DNA of 62,669 nt, filler included, from Candidatus Ancaeobacter aquaticus (GTDB lineage: Bacteria > Auribacterota > Ancaeobacteria > Ancaeobacterales > Ancaeobacteraceae), in the NCBI GenBank assembly GCA_030765405.1. It is 6 parts of 6 records of this genome, joined end to end, with 100 filler letters (N's around TTAATTAATTAA, not from the genome) between each part and the next. Parts side by side here need not be neighbours in the genome. Positions count along the whole stretch, not along the records: positions 13,004 to 33,301 come from JAVCCP010000031.1; 5 more parts are not named here. One strand, written 5' to 3'. Made by a program: the position numbers and the translations under genes. Of this stretch, positions 20,072 through 31,225 are shown piece by piece. A model generated the notes under the pieces. That model was not told where the DNA came from. It was given only the letters and a program-made list of their open reading frames with translations, and ran no database searches. The stretch's first letter is position 1, and each line of letters opens with the position of its first letter.

Positions 20072-21067
20072 TTAGTTGCTTGTATTTAGTCTTTGATCTG
20101 TTTCTAAAAGTTTTATTATTCTACTAGCTGTAACAGACGCAGATTCTTCTTTTGGCATATCTATCCACATTATGTTTTCTTCTTTTCTAAACCATGTGCC
20201 TTGACGTTTTGCATAATTCCGCGTTTGTGTCTTTATTGATTCCTTAACATCCTCAAGTGATATCTCTCCACGTAAATAGCTGATAATATCTTTATATCCG
20301 AGTGCTTGTAAGGCTACATTGTTTTTTTCTATATCTTTTTCAATAAGCAAACGACATTCATCAACAACACCTTCTGTAAACATTTTCTCTACACGTGCGT
20401 TTATTCTTTTGTATAAGTCGTTTCTTTCTCGTTTAACCCCGTATACTAAACAGCTGTAAATTGAGTCGATACCAATGGATTTTGTTTTCCACTGAGTTTG
20501 GAGATCTATCAGCGCTTTTTTTTCAGTATGAAACACTTCGAGTGCCCGTAAAATCCTTCGTGGATTATGACAATCAATTTTAGAAGCAGTACTAGGATCA
20601 ATATCTTCTAGGACTTTAAACATGTGTGAGACACCATATTTTTCAAGATCTTCATTTAGTTTTTTTCTTAGATTAATATTTGTTTGGGCACCTTCAAAAA
20701 CACCTTTTAAGAGCGCACGCACATACAAACCAGTTCCGCCGGTTATTATGGGTATCTTCCCTCTGCTGATAATATCTTTTATCGCCTTCCGTGCGTGAGC
20801 TACATATAATGCCGTATTATATTCTTGGCCTGGATCTACAATATCAATTAAATGATGCCGGATTTCCTTTTGTATTGATTGTGACGGCTTTGCTGTAGCA
20901 ATATCCATATATTTATATATTTGCATTGAATCAGCAGAAACTATTTCACCATCAATATTTGGAGCAAGATAACATGCAATATCTGACTTTCCTGTAGCAG
21001 TAGCTCCGACAATAAAAAGCACTGCAGGCGGGCTGATACCTGTTAGTTTTTCTTTTAGCTTACTCAT
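20072..21067 (-). CDS. miaA: tRNA dimethylallyltransferase
   Basis: GATATGKS, SADSMQIY, GGTGLY, NYAKRQGTWF. Confidence 0.95.
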   Translation of the reverse strand: MSKLKEKLTGISPPAVLFIVGATATGKSDIACYLAPNIDGEIVSADSMQIYKYMDIATAKPSQSIQKEIRHHLIDIVDPGQEYNTALYVAHARKAIKDIISRGKIPIITGGTGLYVRALLKGVFEGAQTNINLRKKLNEDLEKYGVSHMFKVLEDIDPSTASKIDCHNPRRILRALEVFHTEKKALIDLQTQWKTKSIGIDSIYSCLVYGVKRERNDLYKRINARVEKMFTEGVVDECRLLIEKDIEKNNVALQALGYKDIISYLRGEISLEDVKESIKTQTRNYAKRQGTWFRKEENIMWIDMPKEESASVTASRIIKLLETDQRLNTSN

Positions 21068-21092
21068 AGAATAAAACGCGTAATCAATACGC

Positions 21093-22886
21093 TTATCTCC
21101 GCTTAAATTCTTTATCCAAATAAGAATATGAGATTTTTATCATTGTCGGCCTGCCATGTGGACAAGTATGCGGCACAGTGCACTTAAAAAGATCTTTCAG
21201 AAGCACGTGCTGCTCTTTTCCCGAAAGGAGATCATTAGCTTTTACCGCTTTTCGACAAAGAGTTTTTATTAATTTTTCTTCAAGAATATCATTAGTTTTT
21301 GTAATGCGGCTCTCTTCTTCAATTTGAGATATTATATCGATCATCAGTTCTTTTATTGCGTGTGTTCTTACAAATGGAGGGACTGAATCGATAATAATGG
21401 TATTATCCCCAAAATTGTTAATTTCTATCCCTGCTTTCTTAAAAAGTTCTTCGTGTTGAGAAAGGAATATATGCTGTGATTTTGAGACTTCAATTGTTAC
21501 AGGAAGTAAAAGCTTCTGGGAATCGATAGAGCAATTTTTCATAGCATACATTGTTTTTTCATACAAAACCCTCTCATGTGCTGCATGTTGGTCTAAAATA
21601 ATGATGCCATCAGTATCTTCACAAACTATATACAACGAATGCGCTTGTCCGAGAAGTCTCGGCATCTCGGCATTACTCGCAACATCCATTGTTTCCTGCG
21701 AATAATCCTTATTATCATGGATACCTGATTTATTATGAAAAGCGTTATTATAAGTCCTCTGTGTTTTTTGAAATGCACCTGCATTATCCTGAGAACCAAA
21801 AAACCGTTTTATTGCTGTCTGGACTTTTTCATGGTGTTCGTTTTCAGGACGTGCTTCATGTTGTGATCCCTGTGCAATCTCGAAAGAAGGCATATCATAG
21901 GACTTTTGGAAAGCATCTCTTACACACTCAATGATCGCGTTTTTAACGATATACTCATCGGTAAAACGGACATCACGCTTTGTCGGATGAATATTTACAT
22001 CAACTTTCTTTGGGTTAATTGAGATAAAAAGAAAGCACATAGGGTGCCGATTATCTGGTATAAGCGTCCTGTACCCTTGACTCAAAGCATACAACATCGT
22101 TCTATTATTGCATGCCCTGTTGTTAACAAAATAATACTGTTTTGATCTATTTAAAAATGTATGTTCTGGTTTTGAGATAAATCCACGTATCTTTACATCC
22201 AGACTTTTCCAATCAACGGCAATAAGTTGATCGACACAGTCACTACCATATAACTGCGTTATCCTTGTTTTTAGGTCCATCCCCTTTTCTATATCAAATA
22301 CCTTTTTATTATTATCCGTAAGGGAAAAAGCTATCTCATCATAGGGCAATGCGTTAAGAGTCACCATATTTACGATATGGCTCATTTCAGTATGAGGAGT
22401 TTTTAAAAATTTCTTTCTCGCGGGAACATTAAAAAATAAATCCTGAACAGAAATAATGGTTCCACGATTTATGCCAATATCTTTTACCGACACTATTTTT
22501 CCGCCCTCAATAGCAAGAGTAGTGCCTTCAAGATCTTTGTCTTCATTCGTAGACATACTAAAACGTGAAACACTTGCGATACTCGGTAATGCTTCACCTC
22601 TAAAACCAAGCGATTCGATCTTGTAGACATCGTCGATTGATGCTATTTTGCTTGTCGCGTGCTTTTCAAGAGATAAAAGTGCGTCATCTTTTGACATCCC
22701 ACATCCATCATCGGTCACTTTTATAAGTCCCGTACCAGCATTTTTAATTTCAACATCTATTCTTGTTGCTCCTGCATCTATGGAATTCTCAACTAATTCT
22801 TTTACTATTGATGCCGGGCGCTCAACTACTTCTCCAGCAGCAATTTTGTTGGATATATTTTCAGGCAATATCTTGATTTTTTTCAT
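21093..22886 (-). CDS. mutL: DNA mismatch repair protein MutL
   Basis: IAAGEVVERPAS, GFRGEAL, DQHAAHER, CPHGRP. Confidence 0.97.
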   Translation of the reverse strand: MKKIKILPENISNKIAAGEVVERPASIVKELVENSIDAGATRIDVEIKNAGTGLIKVTDDGCGMSKDDALLSLEKHATSKIASIDDVYKIESLGFRGEALPSIASVSRFSMSTNEDKDLEGTTLAIEGGKIVSVKDIGINRGTIISVQDLFFNVPARKKFLKTPHTEMSHIVNMVTLNALPYDEIAFSLTDNNKKVFDIEKGMDLKTRITQLYGSDCVDQLIAVDWKSLDVKIRGFISKPEHTFLNRSKQYYFVNNRACNNRTMLYALSQGYRTLIPDNRHPMCFLFISINPKKVDVNIHPTKRDVRFTDEYIVKNAIIECVRDAFQKSYDMPSFEIAQGSQHEARPENEHHEKVQTAIKRFFGSQDNAGAFQKTQRTYNNAFHNKSGIHDNKDYSQETMDVASNAEMPRLLGQAHSLYIVCEDTDGIIILDQHAAHERVLYEKTMYAMKNCSIDSQKLLLPVTIEVSKSQHIFLSQHEELFKKAGIEINNFGDNTIIIDSVPPFVRTHAIKELMIDIISQIEEESRITKTNDILEEKLIKTLCRKAVKANDLLSGKEQHVLLKDLFKCTVPHTCPHGRPTMIKISYSYLDKEFKRR

Positions 22887-22899
22887 GAATCCTCACCGT

Positions 22900-25533
22900 T
22901 TATTGATTTTTATATTTCTTTTTCATTTCAACGAGAATCTGCAGCGCTTCAAGGGGCGTTATTGCATTTGTATCAATACCGCTCAAATATTCAAGATATT
23001 CACTTTGTTTAGATGGAAACAATTGCAACTGCTCTTCTTCATGGATATCTCTGTCAGATCGTTTTCGCGCAAGGGCAGGTTTCCCGCTATCTGAAATACT
23101 TTCATCCTCCAAGTTACTTAAAATCTCAAAGGCTCTTGAGATAATTTCTTTAGGCAGTCCAGCCAGCTTTGCTACATGTATCCCATAACTCTTATCTGTG
23201 CCTCCTCGAATGATCTTTCTCAAGAATATGACATCTTCTTCCCATTCACGCACAGCAACATTATAATTCTTAACTCCGCTCATGCTAAGCTCAAGCTCCG
23301 TTAATTCATGGTAATGAGTCGCAAACAACGTACGCGCTCTCTTTTCTTTATTATTGTGTAAATATTCGCATACAGACCATGCAATAGCCAATCCATCAAA
23401 CGTACTTGTCCCCCTGCCGATTTCATCTAAAATTATAAGACTTTTTTGCGTAGTATTATTAATAATATTTGCCGTTTCAGTCATTTCTACCATAAATGTG
23501 CTTTGCCCGCTTGCAATATCGTCAGAAGCGCCAACACGGGTAAAAATTCTATCGACAATACCGATCTTTGCGCTTTCGGCTGGTACATAACAGCCTATTT
23601 GCGCCATAAGTACAATAAGTGCAACCTGTCTGATATAGGTTGATTTGCCTGCCATATTCGGACCGGTAATGATCAACAACTGGTTATCTGAAGTATTAAG
23701 CTCCACATCATTTGGCACGTACTGATTTTTACCAACTAAATGTTCAATAACCGGATGTCTTCCTCCTTGCACCGATATTTCATCTGAATTATTAATGGTT
23801 GGCTTAACATAATCGTTTGATATGCTGATAAGAGAAAAAGAAGCTAATGTATCAAGCGTTGCTATCGCTTGAGATATTTCTTGTATACGCTTTGTTTCAC
23901 AGACAATACTGTTTTTTATTTCATTAAATATCGTTATCTCCATAGCATAAGCTTTTTCCTGCGCACCAAGCACCTTTGATTCATATTCTTTTAATTCGTC
24001 AGTAATAAAACGTTCACCGTTTACCAGTGTTTGTTTTCTTACATAATTATCAGGAACAGAACTCAAATTTATATTTGATATTTCAATATAATATCCAAAG
24101 ACCTTATTATATCTCACTTTTAGAGATTTAATTCCCGTACGTTCTATTTCCTGCTTCTGTAGTTCTGCAATCCATCCGCGTCCGGTTGTATAAATGGACC
24201 TAATTTGATCGAGTTCTTCGCTGTATCCCTCTTTAATTATATTTCCTTCGCGAATCATTATGGGGGCGTCTTCTCGTATAGCAGATTCCAGTAAAGTTGC
24301 GAGTTCTTCCATTTCATCAATACTTTTGGCAAGTAAAACAATAAGTGGATCACTCATAGCACTTATTGTTTGTTTGATACGAGGAAAAGCATAACAAGAC
24401 GCCTTTAAGGAAAGCATATCACGGGGATTCCCTGATCCGCAATTCAAACGAGCGATAATACGTTCAAGATCTTTTATCTCGTGCAGAATCTCACGCAAGC
24501 TATATAAAGTTGTTTTATTTTCAATAAAAGCTTCTATCGCATTGTGCCTGCTATCTATATCTTTTTTTACAATGAGTGGGCTCACTATCCACTGTTTGAG
24601 CATTCTTCCAGCCATGGGCGTAACGGTTTTATCAAGTATTCCTAAAAGCGTTCCTTCTTTTTTTCCATCCCGAAGGGTATTAATAAGTTCTAAATTCTTT
24701 TGACTGATAGAATCAAGTATCATGTAGTGGTGTTTTTCATATAAAGAGATATTTTTAAGATGCGCTAACGAATTATACAGATTATCTTTTAGATATCGGA
24801 TAATTGCTGCCGCGGCCATTGTTTCAAGATGACGATCTTTCAAACCGTACCCATCTAATGATACGACTTTAAACTGGTTTTTGAGTTGTTCTACGGAGGT
24901 CTCATAATCATAGACCCAGTCTTCAAGATAATTAATGTAGGGATCAGTTGTGTTCTGAAGTATTTTCAGTAGTTCTTTATCCTGTGACAGTGTTTGCGGT
25001 AAAATTATCTCAGATGAACGGATTCTTACAAGTTCACTTAGAAGATCTCTCTCATCGGACACATGTGTCGCCTTAAATTCTCCGGTTGAAAGATCTACGT
25101 ACGACAGCCCGTAGGTATCACCTTTTTTATATATTGATGAAAGATAATTGTTTGATTTATCATTAAGAAGCGTGTCGTCTAAAACAGTACCGGGAGAAAC
25201 AATCCTTGTAACACCTCTTTTTACAATACCTTTTGCGTGAGCAGCATCTTCTATCTGATCGCAGACTGCGACTTTTATACCTTCTTTAATGAGTTTTGCG
25301 ATATAGGCTTCAGCCGCATGATGAGGAACCCCACACATAGGCACCTTATTGCCACGTGCAGTCAAAGCGATATTCAATATGGACGAGGCTTTTTTTGCAT
25401 CATCAAAAAACATTTCATAAAAATCACCTAAGCGAAACATAAGAATGGAATCAGGGACGCCTTCTTTGATGGTTAAATACTGCCTCATCATTGGCGTAAG
25501 AGTTGCTTCGGAATGTTTAGTTTCAATATTCAT
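22900..25533 (-). CDS. mutS: DNA mismatch repair protein MutS
   Basis: TPMMRQY, GDFYEMF, GPNMAGKST, DEIGRGT, SYGIHVA. Confidence 0.97.
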   Translation of the reverse strand: MNIETKHSEATLTPMMRQYLTIKEGVPDSILMFRLGDFYEMFFDDAKKASSILNIALTARGNKVPMCGVPHHAAEAYIAKLIKEGIKVAVCDQIEDAAHAKGIVKRGVTRIVSPGTVLDDTLLNDKSNNYLSSIYKKGDTYGLSYVDLSTGEFKATHVSDERDLLSELVRIRSSEIILPQTLSQDKELLKILQNTTDPYINYLEDWVYDYETSVEQLKNQFKVVSLDGYGLKDRHLETMAAAAIIRYLKDNLYNSLAHLKNISLYEKHHYMILDSISQKNLELINTLRDGKKEGTLLGILDKTVTPMAGRMLKQWIVSPLIVKKDIDSRHNAIEAFIENKTTLYSLREILHEIKDLERIIARLNCGSGNPRDMLSLKASCYAFPRIKQTISAMSDPLIVLLAKSIDEMEELATLLESAIREDAPIMIREGNIIKEGYSEELDQIRSIYTTGRGWIAELQKQEIERTGIKSLKVRYNKVFGYYIEISNINLSSVPDNYVRKQTLVNGERFITDELKEYESKVLGAQEKAYAMEITIFNEIKNSIVCETKRIQEISQAIATLDTLASFSLISISNDYVKPTINNSDEISVQGGRHPVIEHLVGKNQYVPNDVELNTSDNQLLIITGPNMAGKSTYIRQVALIVLMAQIGCYVPAESAKIGIVDRIFTRVGASDDIASGQSTFMVEMTETANIINNTTQKSLIILDEIGRGTSTFDGLAIAWSVCEYLHNNKEKRARTLFATHYHELTELELSMSGVKNYNVAVREWEEDVIFLRKIIRGGTDKSYGIHVAKLAGLPKEIISRAFEILSNLEDESISDSGKPALARKRSDRDIHEEEQLQLFPSKQSEYLEYLSGIDTNAITPLEALQILVEMKKKYKNQ

Positions 25534-25557
25534 TCAGTATCGACTACTTTATATTGT

Positions 25558-27222
25558 TTATCGGTAATTAAATGTACTTCCGCCGATAAACTCTCTTAAT
25601 ATAGATGTGTTAGGGACTTCTCTTGTTGAAATAGGTACAAAGATATCTAAAAACTCCAGTAATCTGCTTGCTTCAACATACTCTTTTTGATCAGGAGTAA
25701 CCTCGAGAAGATACCGTGCAGCATAATCTTTTAAAACTGCGTGCTCGTAAATAAGAACCGAGTTAAAGCATATATCCACACCTTCCTGAAACCTGAATAT
25801 ATTGCGTTCTTCACTTTCCCGTACTGATGGCCATCTTTCTAATGTGTTTGCAGCGCTATACGAACGGAAAAGCTTGTCTCGCACAATACGTCTGAGTAAT
25901 CTGCTATCTGATGTGAGTATGCGATTGTTATTATCGATACAAAGCTGTGTGAGCGCACTCACAAATATTTTATATTTACTTTTTGCAGGAATAAGGTGAG
26001 TCAATTTATTGTTTAGACCATGTATTCCCTCAACAATAAGCACACCGTATGGTTGCAGTGAGAATGTATTATACTTATCGATTAATCGTTTACCAGTATG
26101 AAAACTAAAGGTTGGTGTATCAGCTTTTTTGCCACTCAAAAGCAATTTGAGATGTTTATTTAATAGGGGCACATCAATAGTATCAATAGACTCGTAGTTT
26201 GCAATACCGTTTTTTTCTTTTTTTATCTTGCAGCGATCAATAAAGTAATTGTCCAAATTAATTGATTTTGGCTTGAGTCCATTTACGCGTAACTGTATCG
26301 CGAGTTTTTTTGCAAACGTAGTCTTTCCGGAAGCTGTAGGCCCCGATATGAGTATGATCTTTACCGTTTTCTGTTTCTTTGTTATTGCGTCAGCAATTTG
26401 TGCTATTTTCTTTTCATGTAATCCTTCAGCGATTTTGACTATTTCACTGATACCACCTGAAATACTCAATTCATTTAAGTCTCCTACATTTTCAACTCCA
26501 AGGATTTCGTACCAATTCCGTGTCTCACGATAGACATTAAAGAATTTCGGTCTATTCACAAAACGCGATACTTTTTTTGGGCATTTAGTGCTGGGAAAAG
26601 ACAACACAAAACCAGGTTTTTTTAAGTATAGTTTAAAGGCATCCACGGTTCCTGTTGAAAAAGCCATTTGTCCAAAATACATATCCATAAAATTACCGCA
26701 AGATACAACAGAAAGCTCAGTAACATGGGTATGACTTAAGAACTTCACTTTATCTGTCATTTTTTCTTTTTTAAAATAACCTAGAGCTTCTTCAAGTGAG
26801 ACAGTTTTTTTGATATACCTCATATCATCTTTAACTATGGTGCACATTGCCTCATGTATTTCTTTAAGTAATTTTGATGTTAATGGTTCCTTCCCATTAA
26901 AGTCAAAATAGTATCCATTTGAAATAGACATACCAATAGTGGTGCGTGCCTCAGGGAGTACATTTTTTAATGCCTGCATAAGAATATTAATTACAGTACG
27001 TCTATACACAGCTTTACCTGCGGGATGGCTCAGCGTCACTATCTCTATTTCGCAATCCGAACCAATATGATAATCAAGCCCCACAAGACGGTTATTAACT
27101 ACTGCGGCTAGCGGTGGAAGTTTTTCACGTGTAGGAATAAGAGGTAAAATATCAAGAATTGTTTGGTTTCTCATTACCTTAAGTGTCTTAACACCCTTTA
27201 CGTTAACCTTAAATAAATCCAT
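25558..27222 (-). CDS. Uridine-kinase-family nucleoside kinase with N-terminal TGS/ThrRS-like domain
   Basis: ISGPTASGKTT P-loop, EGIHGLN, RLLRRIVRD, RWPSV. Confidence 0.85.
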   Translation of the reverse strand: MDLFKVNVKGVKTLKVMRNQTILDILPLIPTREKLPPLAAVVNNRLVGLDYHIGSDCEIEIVTLSHPAGKAVYRRTVINILMQALKNVLPEARTTIGMSISNGYYFDFNGKEPLTSKLLKEIHEAMCTIVKDDMRYIKKTVSLEEALGYFKKEKMTDKVKFLSHTHVTELSVVSCGNFMDMYFGQMAFSTGTVDAFKLYLKKPGFVLSFPSTKCPKKVSRFVNRPKFFNVYRETRNWYEILGVENVGDLNELSISGGISEIVKIAEGLHEKKIAQIADAITKKQKTVKIILISGPTASGKTTFAKKLAIQLRVNGLKPKSINLDNYFIDRCKIKKEKNGIANYESIDTIDVPLLNKHLKLLLSGKKADTPTFSFHTGKRLIDKYNTFSLQPYGVLIVEGIHGLNNKLTHLIPAKSKYKIFVSALTQLCIDNNNRILTSDSRLLRRIVRDKLFRSYSAANTLERWPSVRESEERNIFRFQEGVDICFNSVLIYEHAVLKDYAARYLLEVTPDQKEYVEASRLLEFLDIFVPISTREVPNTSILREFIGGSTFNYR

Positions 27223-27241
27223 ATCATCCTTGGTATAATAG

Positions 27242-28588
27242 TTAGCAGTATAATGTAAGCGCTGTAACCCTTTTAACTTTTTTGTTCACAAGTTCACCGG
27301 GAGCATACATATCTATCGCGTCAAATACCGCTATTTTATTTGTTCTCGTTCGCCCCGTCATCCTGTTTGGATTGCGAGGACTTTTTCCTTCAACCATTAT
27401 CTCAACATCACTACCAATAAGCATCTCATTCTTTTTTATATTCATTTCTTCTTGCAGCTTTAATAATATCTGATTCCGCTCATCTTTTACTTCTTTTGGA
27501 ACATCATCTGTACTTTTTGCTGCGTCTGTTCCTTCTCTAACCGAATATTTAAAAATGAAACTACCATCATATTCTATCGCTTTCATTACCTCAACAGTTT
27601 TTTGGAAATCATCTTCTGTTTCTGAAGGGTATCCTACAATTATGTCAGTGCTTAAAGCAATATCGGGACATTGTCTTCTCAGTTTCTCTACAATACTCAT
27701 ATAATGTCGTACAGTATATTTTCTGTTCATCGATGCTAAAATCCTATCAGAACCGGATTGTATAGGAAAATGGAGATATTCACACAATTTTGGAAGTGTT
27801 CCAAAAAGCTCAATGAGGCCATCTGTTATATCTTTTGGGTGTGATGTTACAAAACGGATCCTTTCAATACCAGAAATATTATTAATTTTCTCGAGTAATT
27901 GGGGGAATTTACTATCTAATTCCCCCTTTAGAGCCATTCCGTATGAGTTAACGTTCTGTCCTAAAAGAGTTATTTCTTTATAACCTTCTACTGCAAGTCG
28001 CTTTATATCATTGATGATATCGTTTTTAGGCCTACTGACTTCTTTTCCTCTAACGTACGGAACAACACAATACGAGCAATAATTATCACAGCCGCGCATA
28101 ATAGGAACAAATGCTTTAATTTTATTTGTTCTTTGTGCTCCAGATTCTTCTACCGGATATTCATCTGTAAGTGAAACATCTATTAAATATTTGCGATTTA
28201 CAGAAGTTTGAGAGATAAGATCAGGTATTTTATTTATGGCATGCGTCCCACACACGAAATCTAATGCAGGCATTGTTTTAAAAAGCTCTTCTTTGTGTTT
28301 TTGGGCCATGCACCCACAGAAACCAAGTATTAATTCTGGCCGTGAATCTTTGATCTTTCCATATTCTCGCATCTTGCCAATTGCCTTATTTTCAGCAGAT
28401 GCGCGTACCGAACAGGTGTTAAATAATATTATGTCCGCAGTAGCATCATCATCAACAAGAGAATATCCATTTTGTCTAAGTAGTCCCGATATCACGTCAG
28501 TGTCACTAACATTCATCTGACAACCGTAGGTACGGATGTAGACCTTTCTGGGCGCAGATTTTTCATAAGTCTTTGATTTTTCAGGCAT
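27242..28588 (-). CDS. miaB: tRNA-2-methylthio-N6-dimethylallyladenosine synthase
   Basis: TYGCQMN, NTCSVR, GCDNYCSYC radical SAM motif, TRAM domain. Confidence 0.95.
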   Translation of the reverse strand: MPEKSKTYEKSAPRKVYIRTYGCQMNVSDTDVISGLLRQNGYSLVDDDATADIILFNTCSVRASAENKAIGKMREYGKIKDSRPELILGFCGCMAQKHKEELFKTMPALDFVCGTHAINKIPDLISQTSVNRKYLIDVSLTDEYPVEESGAQRTNKIKAFVPIMRGCDNYCSYCVVPYVRGKEVSRPKNDIINDIKRLAVEGYKEITLLGQNVNSYGMALKGELDSKFPQLLEKINNISGIERIRFVTSHPKDITDGLIELFGTLPKLCEYLHFPIQSGSDRILASMNRKYTVRHYMSIVEKLRRQCPDIALSTDIIVGYPSETEDDFQKTVEVMKAIEYDGSFIFKYSVREGTDAAKSTDDVPKEVKDERNQILLKLQEEMNIKKNEMLIGSDVEIMVEGKSPRNPNRMTGRTRTNKIAVFDAIDMYAPGELVNKKVKRVTALTLYC

Positions 28589-28837
28589 TTTTCGTTTTTC
28601 TCCTATTCCAAAAAAAGAGAATTGAAGGGGACAAAAAATTCAAAAGAAAAAATCTCTTTTCGGGCGATTTTGATGTTTTTAAAAAGCAATCCCAGTACCT
28701 GTTTTTGCTCATAACAATTGAGGCTTTTCTTATTGGGCTGATCCCTGCTAAGAAGTCCTCTACACGATGCATATAATCTTCTGAACGCTCCCGCTCAATC
28801 TATCTAAGTGCTTGCAATGCAAGCTGCGCAAAGAACG

Positions 28838-29859
28838 GGGTCAGACCTACACATTTGACAATTCAGTTTTGCAATTTTGTATTATTTTATTAAATTTTTG
28901 ATTCTTCAGTCTACTAGCTTCCATTCTTCTAGTTATTTGACTTACACCTGAAACACCTATCTTATCATCGTACACTGATCTTGCGACTTCTGCTAAAGAC
29001 ATATCTGTCATTTTTCTTAATAAGTAAACCATTATCTTATTTATTTCTTGCTCGTTGATGATTCCATGGCTTTTTATCTTTTGCCTAATTGTATTAGGTG
29101 AAAGATTTCTCTTTGTAATATTTCTTAGATCCGGTAAATCTCTTGTTTTTCTATCCACTGCTATATACTTTTCTTTTACTTCCCTAACAAAGTCATCATC
29201 GCCCAATATACACCCTACATTTATTTTATTATAAGGACCGTCTACAATATTATTACTATCTACTTCGACATATTTTCTGTATTCGTTTTTATTTTTATTA
29301 AAAAACCCTAGTGTAAATTCTGTATGCATATATAGAGGCGCTGGATCATTCAATACATAATATCTATAACTGCTCCATTTATATTCCTGAGGCTTTTTGT
29401 GTGTTTTAGCTTTTACGGGATTTAGATGCAAATAACGAGTTAATGCCATTAAATAATTATCCTTATCCACCAGTATCGATTTATATCTTCCTTGAAATAA
29501 ATGTCCTGCTCTTTTTGTTTTAATATTAAAATATTTTGTATAGCTTGAATTTATGAAGTGCATACATTTGCATAAATTGGAATGGGGAGTTTCTATGAGA
29601 AGGTGATAATGATTTGGCATTAAACAATAAGCATGAACTATAAGTCCAAATTTATCGTGTGCGCTTTCTATGTATGACAAAAACTTTTCATTATCTCGCT
29701 CAGAGCCAAATATATTCTTTCTTTCGTTGCCTCGTGCTGTCACATGATATAGAGCTCCTGGATATTCGATTCGCAGAGGTCTTGACATCTTTATACCTTT
29801 CTTAAATAATGTAAATCATATCACAAACATTAATAATGTCAAATGTATAGGCCTGACCC
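28838..29859 (-). mobile_element. RAYT/Y1 transposase element bounded by 23-bp inverted repeats
   Basis: GGGTCAGACCTACACATTTGACA (28838-28860) vs TGTCAAATGTATAGGCCTGACCC (29837-29859), 21/23 match. Confidence 0.75.
28847..29788 (-). CDS. REP-associated tyrosine transposase (HUH Y1) with C-terminal HTH
   Basis: MSRPLRIEYPGALYHVTARGN, MPNHYHLL HUH, GHLFQGRY, YKWSSY. Confidence 0.9.
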   Translation of the reverse strand: MSRPLRIEYPGALYHVTARGNERKNIFGSERDNEKFLSYIESAHDKFGLIVHAYCLMPNHYHLLIETPHSNLCKCMHFINSSYTKYFNIKTKRAGHLFQGRYKSILVDKDNYLMALTRYLHLNPVKAKTHKKPQEYKWSSYRYYVLNDPAPLYMHTEFTLGFFNKNKNEYRKYVEVDSNNIVDGPYNKINVGCILGDDDFVREVKEKYIAVDRKTRDLPDLRNITKRNLSPNTIRQKIKSHGIINEQEINKIMVYLLRKMTDMSLAEVARSVYDDKIGVSGVSQITRRMEASRLKNQKFNKIIQNCKTELSNV

Positions 29860-29872
29860 TTTAATTGTTTGC

Positions 29873-30991
29873 TCATTTCTTCATTTGCAATAATCCGCCC
29901 AATAAAAGATACGTGTCTATAATACACATATTTACATCTAGCTGATTAATCTCATTATGAATTCCTTTATTTGTAATGTTATAAATAGCTTCAACTCGAT
30001 GGCCCAAGTCTTCGACTTTTGATTTTAAAAATTTCTTTCTCGCCTCACTATCTAGTTCTTTATCAATAAAAGCCCATATTCTATTAATATATTTTTCTTC
30101 TGAAACATCCATCTTTTTATTTTTTCCATAAATATATGGAGTTGCTTGTGACGAAAAAACAGAATCTGCAAATGTTTTAAGCATACGTCTACATGATGTC
30201 AATGCTTGTGCCCACTCTTCAGGATTATTTGAAGCAAGCCTATCATAACTAGCAATTAACTGCTGTATTGCTTCAGGGCATTTTTCAATAAATGTTTGAT
30301 TAACCATATTTCTTGCCTGCTCAAATATTGTTTCAGTAATATTGCCAAATCTTAAGGTATAATTAATCCTAAGCACATAAGTATAAACTGCATCTCTAAT
30401 TCTTGCCAATAATGATTTCTTATTACTTATATCTGCCTGTATTTCTAGCTTCTTATTTTGTATTTTTTGCAAAGCATCGCCATATGTCTCTTTCACTGTT
30501 TCCCAACTACCAGCAGACATAATAGATCCTTCCCCCCAAGACTGCTTGTCAACAGAGGGCGTAAATTCAGAAGGTGGAACTAATGTCTTAAGATTATCTT
30601 CGGATGTTCTAATTAGAACTTCTAATTGAGGTACTGATTGAAGATAATACCAATGTTGATCTTCATACAATTTCTTTTGGGGTTCAGGTAAAGTGCTAAC
30701 ATCAAGCCCTGGTAAAGGAACTAAAGCTTTCCTCACAGTATACCTACCAGACCAATGAGCAAATTTCTCAGCATCATCTTTTTTAATGGCATGAGGCAAT
30801 GACTTATCCTCATACCCCACAAGTTCAAGAGTTAACCAATTCAAGACATCAAAATCATTGCGCAATCTAGCAAGTTTTTTGCACTTTGAAATTATTAGCT
30901 CTAAAGAAAGTGCATTACAATCAAAGTCAGAAAGAATCTCCTCAGACAACTTCAATAATTCTTCATTTTTAGTTTTTGCGCTCATAATCAC
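29873..30991 (-). CDS. AbiTii-like domain protein (putative anti-phage)
   Basis: N-terminal ISKCKKLARL...WLTLELVGY pattern; C-terminal WAQALTSCRR...YINRIW. Confidence 0.55.
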   Translation of the reverse strand: MIMSAKTKNEELLKLSEEILSDFDCNALSLELIISKCKKLARLRNDFDVLNWLTLELVGYEDKSLPHAIKKDDAEKFAHWSGRYTVRKALVPLPGLDVSTLPEPQKKLYEDQHWYYLQSVPQLEVLIRTSEDNLKTLVPPSEFTPSVDKQSWGEGSIMSAGSWETVKETYGDALQKIQNKKLEIQADISNKKSLLARIRDAVYTYVLRINYTLRFGNITETIFEQARNMVNQTFIEKCPEAIQQLIASYDRLASNNPEEWAQALTSCRRMLKTFADSVFSSQATPYIYGKNKKMDVSEEKYINRIWAFIDKELDSEARKKFLKSKVEDLGHRVEAIYNITNKGIHNEINQLDVNMCIIDTYLLLGGLLQMKK

Positions 30992-31170
30992 ACCTCTTCT
31001 ATTTTATCTTTCCACTCTTTAATCTTTTTTAAATCAGCATCCGTAAACACAGGATGATTTTTGAAATCACGCTTAGGAGTAACCCACCCTTTCTTTATCC
31101 AGTAATAAAGCCCTTGGCGAGTAATGCCTAATTCTTTTGCCGCTTTACTTAAATTATATCGTTTCTCCAT
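30988..31170 (-). CDS. Small MerR-type HTH DNA-binding protein, translationally coupled to the AbiTii-like gene
   Basis: LSKAAKELGITRQGLYYWIKKGWVTPKRD...FTDADL; ATGA overlap. Confidence 0.75.
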   Translation of the reverse strand: MEKRYNLSKAAKELGITRQGLYYWIKKGWVTPKRDFKNHPVFTDADLKKIKEWKDKIEEV

Positions 31171-31225
31171 AGTGATGCTACTTTACACCTTTTGTCATAT
31201 TTTGTTAACTCATTTTTAATAGGGG

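Noticed and set aside
28573..28776. ORFs 28581-28772 and 28573-28776
   Set aside because: No motif, overlap the miaB start region, in-frame stop just upstream; probably non-coding or unrecognisable relic
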